Positions 27,864 to 33,175 of a stretch of DNA of 33,175 bases are shown piece by piece (position 1 is the first letter of the stretch; every line of letters begins with the position of its first letter). Location of the stretch: sequence record SRR31156797_24930; one strand, 5' to 3'. Position numbers and translations under genes: made by a program. The notes under the pieces are model-generated. The model ran no database searches. It saw only the letters and a list, made by a program, of their open reading frames with translations, and was not told the origin of the DNA.

Positions 27864-28802
27864 TTATTCAACGTCAGAGAAGATTTGCTTTATCTCATTC
27901 GGTGTTGTTCCACAGCAACCGCCGATAATTCGGGCACCAAGGTTCTTCCATTGTTGGGCGTAATTGAAGTAACTCGTTGAACCATTTTTGTCGTGCTCAC
28001 ACCAAGTCTTGCTGTTCGGGTCATAGCTATTGCCCAGATTTCCGTATACAACGATAGGCTTGTCGGTGACTGAATTGATATTTTCAATCAAGGAGCCAAT
28101 AAACTGAGGCGCAGTGCAGTTGACACCGACAGCAACAACACAATCGAACGATTCTAGTGCTCGGATACACTCAGAAATGTTTTGCCCGTTACATATTTGT
28201 GATTCGTTTTGAGCACTGAAAGTAATCCAACATTTTGCGTCAAGCTCTTGCACAATTTCAGCGATAACTAAGGCTTCATCTAAACGTGGAATAGTCTCTG
28301 CGGCAATAAGATCGATCCCTTGATTCCAAAGGATTTCGATACGATCCTGATGAAACTTTTTCAGTTCATCTTTTGATAGTTCGTAGTCACCTCGGTATTC
28401 GGAACCATCGGCAAGAAAAGCTCCATAAGGGCCAATAGATGCAGCCGTAATTGGATAGCGTCTATTGTCTGACTGACCCTGTTCTTTCCACCATTCGTCT
28501 CTTGCTTCCAATAACAGTGAAGCTGATGCTTTGATAAGATTAATGGCTTCGTCTGTCGTGAATCCTTTGTTGACGTAACCTTCAATCGTTGCCTGATAGC
28601 TTACAGTTACGCCAAAATCGGAACCTGCTTGGAAATAATCACGATGTAACTGTTTGATTAATTGTGGATTCTCTTTAAGAATCTTTGCCGTCCATAGTTC
28701 ATCGTTAAGGTTACATCCCATGGATTCGAGGTGCGTGCCAGCCGCTCCATCAGTGATGAGTAGTTGAGACTTTGCGAGAATAGTTGTGAGATCCTGTCTC
28801 AT
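27864..28802 (-). CDS. mmuM: Homocysteine S-methyltransferase (S-methylmethionine-dependent)
   Basis: DGA-x-GT-x-LE, LW-x-A, SYQA, ASIGPYGA-x-LADGSEYRG-x-Y, ETIP, GVNC and GGCCGT Zn-binding motifs. AAGGA RBS. Confidence 0.92.
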   Translation of the reverse strand: MRQDLTTILAKSQLLITDGAAGTHLESMGCNLNDELWTAKILKENPQLIKQLHRDYFQAGSDFGVTVSYQATIEGYVNKGFTTDEAINLIKASASLLLEARDEWWKEQGQSDNRRYPITAASIGPYGAFLADGSEYRGDYELSKDELKKFHQDRIEILWNQGIDLIAAETIPRLDEALVIAEIVQELDAKCWITFSAQNESQICNGQNISECIRALESFDCVVAVGVNCTAPQFIGSLIENINSVTDKPIVVYGNLGNSYDPNSKTWCEHDKNGSTSYFNYAQQWKNLGARIIGGCCGTTPNEIKQIFSDVE

Positions 28803-29402
28803 CGTATTTCCTTATGTGAATGACTCACAGCGAACTTTAGGTCGAATCTAAAATGGATTGGACGCTCGTGTCAGTGAACGGTAGTGAGCTTGGTGTCATT
28901 GTTAGTTTTGGTAGTTACTCATAACTTTCACCATGAGTAAAGTAGCGGATAAACAAACGATCAAAACTTATCCAATATAAATAGATTCTTAACTATTGTT
29001 ACTATCAAAGACGCGAATTCTATCCTTCAATGAGTAATGCAGTAAAAGAGTAGTGTCATTTTACCTTCATGTGATGATTATAATGTCCATATATTAATTT
29101 GAAATTTTAGTCTCTACCAGAATCAATATACTAAGCGCCTTTAAGCCTGATAATGAAAGTTAATTTTCTGCTCTTCCTTTTGTACAAATAATAACCAGTC
29201 TGATGCATGTTTCTATACTTCAGACAGATATACAGTTAAAGATTGTTTTGTTAATAATTTACAGTATGTTACATTATATCATTTCCACTTAAGTAATATT
29301 GTCAAACTGGTTGGTTTAATTAGCTTTTTCTTATTTTATACAGGCGTTCCTGACTCAGTTTGTATTTAGAAAAATTATAATTATTTTTTAGAGAATATAT
29401 GG

Positions 29403-31310
29403 ATGTACAAGTCTCAGCGGTTGTTGATTTTATCTACTAATCTCCCGATCTTACTCGCTATTAATATAGTGATAGGTTTTACTTTAGTTATGACTAATAT
29501 GTATGGTCCTACTGTCGGTCCATACAAAATATATTGGTTGATCCTGCTGAGTTTGGTAACAGGTTTTAGATTTTTTGTTCATTATTACTTTTCAGATGAG
29601 CATCAGCATAAGTTAGATTTTCATTTTGTTGGTGTTGTTATTGCTGGCATTGTATGGGCTTTTTACCCGTATTTATTCCATCAGAGTATGTCCACAAAAG
29701 AGATAATGCTCACGATAATTATTTTTTGTGGCATGTCTGGTGGTAGCGTCACTATGCTATCTACTGACCTTCGCTCTGCCATTGCATATGTGTCTTTGAC
29801 CGTTTTTCCCTATAGCGCGGTATTAATAACATCGGGAGACCCAAGTCTGAGAAGTCTCGGATTTATGGGGCTAATTTATGGTGGAGCACTGTGTATCACC
29901 GCTGTGAAAAGTGCCCGTATGATTTTCTCCCTTATTGATAACCAAGCAAAAGTCGAAGCCATTGCCTCGGATTTAGAAACGGATTCTCACAGTAAAGACC
30001 AGCAAATAACGATTTTAGAACAGCGTGATATGTTGACAGGTTTGCTTAACCGTAAAAGCTTCATATCTGCCATTAATTTGATAAAAGCAAAGAGAAACCA
30101 GCGTTGTTCACTCAATGGTTTCGTTCATGTCGATATTGAGAAACTACATAACATTAATCAAAACTATGGACATCAATACGGTGACCACATTATTGCTAAA
30201 GTGGGTGAGGCGCTGAAGAGCATTGATAAGTTCTATGGTACCTGTTCAGCTCGCTATGGTAACGATGAGTTTACGGTTTACGTGAATGTTAGCTCGGAAG
30301 AAGAGATGTTGGGCTTTATCAATACACTCAAAGAACAACTCACCGTGTATTTCCAATTAGATAATATCCGAGTAAAGCCGAACTATTATCTTGGATACTT
30401 TATCGGTGACGACGAGATTTCAACTACCCAAGCAATGAGAAATGCTTATCTTGCGGTAACACAAGGGAAGAAGAACAACATCAGAGTGTGTTGTTTTGAT
30501 GGCAAGATCCAAGCGAGCCAGCAACGAAATCAGTACCTTCGCCATCACCTCAAAGCAGCTATAGATGCAGAAAATTTTTATATGAACTTCCAGCCAATAG
30601 TGAGTTGTCTTACTCAAAAGGTTCATGGGTTTGAAGCCTTAGTACGGTGGGAATTGGAGAACAAAAGAGTATCGCCGGATGAATTCATTTCAGTGGCAGA
30701 AGAACATGGCTTGATTCGAGAACTAGGGCAGTTAATTTTAAAAATGTCTATTGAGGCATTGGCTGAAATGAACAAAACCTTCCCGAGCATTTCTATCTCT
30801 ATTAATGTTTCGGTTATCCAGCTAGAAGATGATGATTTTATTCAGTATTTGCAGTTTCTGATTAGGCGATACTCAGTAAACCCAGCTAATATACATTTAG
30901 AAATCACCGAAACCGCCATGATCACTGATATTGATAAGCTAACCAACCGTATCGGCCAAGCCAAAGCTATGGGGGTTATGATTTCTGTTGATGACTTTGG
31001 TACGGGTTTTTCGTCAATCGCAGTACTTAAAAACCTACAGGTTGATTATATTAAAATTGATAAGTCGTACATTGATGATATTTTTTGTTGTGAAAAAGAA
31101 GAGAGCATAGTTTCAGCCGTAACTAAGATGAGTCACACCATTGGGACTCAAGTCATTGCAGAAGGTGTAGAACACAACGAGCAACTCACCGTAATTCAAG
31201 CAAGTGGTGTGGACTATTATCAAGGGTACTTGTTTAGCAAGCCGGTTTCCTATAAAGAAGCGGTTGAAATACTGGATGCGGCCAATGATGAAATGCGTGA
31301 TTCTGGGTGA
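29403..31310 (+). CDS. Membrane-anchored GGDEF(degenerate)-EAL protein, probable c-di-GMP phosphodiesterase
   Basis: About 5-6 N-terminal TM segments; D-x-LTGL-x-NR; active site reads GNDEF; intact FEALVRW, EITET, DDFGTG, KIDKS, AEGVE and QGY motifs. Confidence 0.9.
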   Translation: MYKSQRLLILSTNLPILLAINIVIGFTLVMTNMYGPTVGPYKIYWLILLSLVTGFRFFVHYYFSDEHQHKLDFHFVGVVIAGIVWAFYPYLFHQSMSTKEIMLTIIIFCGMSGGSVTMLSTDLRSAIAYVSLTVFPYSAVLITSGDPSLRSLGFMGLIYGGALCITAVKSARMIFSLIDNQAKVEAIASDLETDSHSKDQQITILEQRDMLTGLLNRKSFISAINLIKAKRNQRCSLNGFVHVDIEKLHNINQNYGHQYGDHIIAKVGEALKSIDKFYGTCSARYGNDEFTVYVNVSSEEEMLGFINTLKEQLTVYFQLDNIRVKPNYYLGYFIGDDEISTTQAMRNAYLAVTQGKKNNIRVCCFDGKIQASQQRNQYLRHHLKAAIDAENFYMNFQPIVSCLTQKVHGFEALVRWELENKRVSPDEFISVAEEHGLIRELGQLILKMSIEALAEMNKTFPSISISINVSVIQLEDDDFIQYLQFLIRRYSVNPANIHLEITETAMITDIDKLTNRIGQAKAMGVMISVDDFGTGFSSIAVLKNLQVDYIKIDKSYIDDIFCCEKEESIVSAVTKMSHTIGTQVIAEGVEHNEQLTVIQASGVDYYQGYLFSKPVSYKEAVEILDAANDEMRDSG

Positions 31311-31345
31311 TATGAACTCGATCAGATTCGAGCATATACCTACAA

Positions 31346-31390
31346 AACAAAAGTCCGTGGTCAACCGGTCGTTGACCACGGATTTTTGTT
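31346..31390. terminator. Bidirectional terminator between the EAL gene and the MCP
   Basis: AACAAAAGTCCGTGGTCAAC-CGGTC-GTTGACCACGGATTTTTGTT 20-bp stem. Confidence 0.85.
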
Positions 31391-31391
31391 A

Positions 31392-33011
31392 TTAAAATCG
31401 AAAAACACTTAGCAGTTTTTTCTGATTCTCAGACTCTTGAGCGAGGGCACGGCTTGCGTTAGTGCTTTCTGCAATACCCGATACATTTTGGTTCACAATG
31501 TCTACCGTTGACGAAATATTTGTTGAGATATCCTCTGTCACACTTGATTGTTCGCTTGCGGCTGTCGCCACGAGTGAGTTGACATCTGAAATCGTATTCA
31601 CGGAGTTAGTAATGCCCCGGAAAGCTTCTTGCACGCTTGCGGAGACCTGTTGTGACTCATCGATCAATTTGTTATTCGACTGCATAAATTGATCTGCTTT
31701 TTCTGCTTGTGTCTGAAGTTTGGTAATGATTTCCTGAATATCGATCGTTGATTGCTGCGTTTTAGCGGCTAATGAACGTACTTCATCGGCAACGACAGCA
31801 AAGCCGCGTCCAGCTTCTCCAGCACGAGCTGCTTCAATCGCGGCATTAAGTGCTAACAGATTGGTTTGCTCTGAAATACTATTAATAACTTCAATCACTG
31901 CTCCTATTTCTGTTGAATATTCTTTTAGCTGATTGACAAGCGTGGTTGCTTCGCTAATCGATTCGCCAATTTTGTTGGAGATCTCATTGGATTTAATGAT
32001 CGATTGATTACCCGTTTCCACATTTGAAATTGCTTCAGCGGCGGCTGTTTCAGCGTCAGCGGCATTTTGGCTCATTTCTAATGCTGTACTCGACATTTCT
32101 GTTAGCGCTGCCGCTATTTGTTCCACTTGCGAAAGCATACTTTGGGAATTGGTATCCGCTTGTCCCATGGCGGATGCCAAAGTCTCCGACGAGCCCGCAA
32201 CGTTATTTGCGACAGAGACCAACTGCGAAGTTAATTCAGATAACTGACGCGAGGTTTTATTGTAGCTATCGGCGAGAACACCTAACTCATTTTTGCCCAA
32301 ATGTTCGATTTGTACCGTTAAATCACCTTCAGCCATTTTGGTCATTGCATCCTGAATTAGCTTGATGGATGACGTTAGATTTCTGGAAATTAACAGCCCG
32401 GTGATGACCACGATTATGACGACAATCACGACCACCAATACCATAAGATTAATGGAATCTTCATACAGGACATCACCGTATTCACTGGCTTTAGCCGCTG
32501 CCAGTTCGTTGAGATCGGAGAGTTTGAGTAGTACGTCAGAATATTGTCTGTACGCCGTTCTGGAAGAGCCTAAAAAAAGCGTTTTGGCTTCCTGATTTTT
32601 GTTTTGTTCAGAGAGCTGAAGTAACGATTGCTGGATTTTAAGGTATTCAGCATATTTGCTTTTAAAATCTTTAAGAAGTCGCGCTTCTTCTTCGCTTGAG
32701 ACTAACTGTTCATACTCGGATAAGGTGTTACTGACTTCTGCTTTAACTTCTTGAATGGCTTTATCAGCTTGCTGAATCTGATTGGCGTCTGTCGATATGA
32801 TGTGGACGGATTCTAAGTTTCTTAAATCCGCTGTTTGTGTGTTGATTCGTTCTATCAATTGTACTGATGGTAACCAGTTGGTTGAAATGATGGTTGACTG
32901 GTTATTAATGCTGCCCATCTGAGAAATGGAAGTCCAGACCAATCCTAACAAAGCAACGACAGGGATGGTGAACCCGCTAAGAAGTAGTGTACCAATTTTG
33001 ATGTTGCGCAT
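31392..33011 (-). CDS. Methyl-accepting chemotaxis protein (four-helix-bundle sensor, HAMP)
   Basis: Two TM segments flanking an N-x-LPS helical domain; HAMP GDL...NELG-x-L; signalling hairpin [35 protein letters not shown]. Confidence 0.95.
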   Translation of the reverse strand: MRNIKIGTLLLSGFTIPVVALLGLVWTSISQMGSINNQSTIISTNWLPSVQLIERINTQTADLRNLESVHIISTDANQIQQADKAIQEVKAEVSNTLSEYEQLVSSEEEARLLKDFKSKYAEYLKIQQSLLQLSEQNKNQEAKTLFLGSSRTAYRQYSDVLLKLSDLNELAAAKASEYGDVLYEDSINLMVLVVVIVVIIVVITGLLISRNLTSSIKLIQDAMTKMAEGDLTVQIEHLGKNELGVLADSYNKTSRQLSELTSQLVSVANNVAGSSETLASAMGQADTNSQSMLSQVEQIAAALTEMSSTALEMSQNAADAETAAAEAISNVETGNQSIIKSNEISNKIGESISEATTLVNQLKEYSTEIGAVIEVINSISEQTNLLALNAAIEAARAGEAGRGFAVVADEVRSLAAKTQQSTIDIQEIITKLQTQAEKADQFMQSNNKLIDESQQVSASVQEAFRGITNSVNTISDVNSLVATAASEQSSVTEDISTNISSTVDIVNQNVSGIAESTNASRALAQESENQKKLLSVFRF

Positions 33012-33175
33012 TCTTAATTCTTCCTTGTTGTAAGTGAGAGTTAATCTTTACTGCACCAAAAGTTAGTATAGTTTGTAATTATAAAGTTATAGGTAAGAGA
33101 GAGTGGTAAGAAGTATCTTATACCAGTCTGGATAAGTTAATGTTTAGATAATTGCGTAGATAAAAACGTTAAGAA

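Noticed and set aside
28803-28940. SAM/SAH riboswitch, Met boxes or leader peptides (MSNYQN*, MTPSSLPF...) upstream of mmuM
   Set aside because: No riboswitch core recognised, only about 4/8 matches to AGACGTCT, and the peptides lack Met/Cys enrichment.
625-32595. Many short (60-141 aa) ORFs antisense to or overlapping the long genes, e.g. 816-1241, 9597-9905, 12685-13083, 16816-17163, 32024-32365
   Set aside because: They are shadow frames of well-supported genes, with no recognisable motifs.
33012-33175. Sigma28 promoter for the MCP
   Set aside because: No TAAA-N15-GCCGATAA match is visible on the minus strand.
1-33175. CRISPR arrays, IS/transposases, integrases, tRNA/rRNA, defence systems
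   Set aside because: No periodic repeat-spacer arrays, no such protein motifs, and the intergenic gaps show no recognisable structural RNA genes.

Overview
Chromosomal segment of a gammaproteobacterium, most consistent with Vibrionaceae on gene content and protein motifs. I saw no rRNA, tRNA, IS, phage or CRISPR. In order: a partial EamA/DMT exporter; an operon of a periplasmic binding protein, a 2143-aa multi-sensor hybrid histidine kinase and a REC-HD-GYP phosphodiesterase; a kduI-TRAP(PQM)-IclR uronate module; a terminator-bounded cassette of a GcvA-type LysR, a solitary ectoine-synthase-like cupin (no ectAB) and a PutP-like Na+ symporter; a nitric-oxide stress cluster (hcr-hcp-norR divergent from nnrS, with visible sigma54, NorR and IHF sites, followed by an unannotated flavohaemoglobin hmp remnant with an internal deletion at an 11-nt microhomology); a NemR-like TetR / HPP-family divergon with two operator palindromes; LysE-AraC; DUF2789; an orphan amino-acid binding protein; mmuM; a membrane GGDEF(degenerate)-EAL protein; and an MCP. 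The best candidates for undescribed biology are the LysR-ectC-like-symporter cassette, the stacked-sensor kinase/HD-GYP system and the NO-stress neighbourhood. All protein calls come from motif recognition, not database searches.
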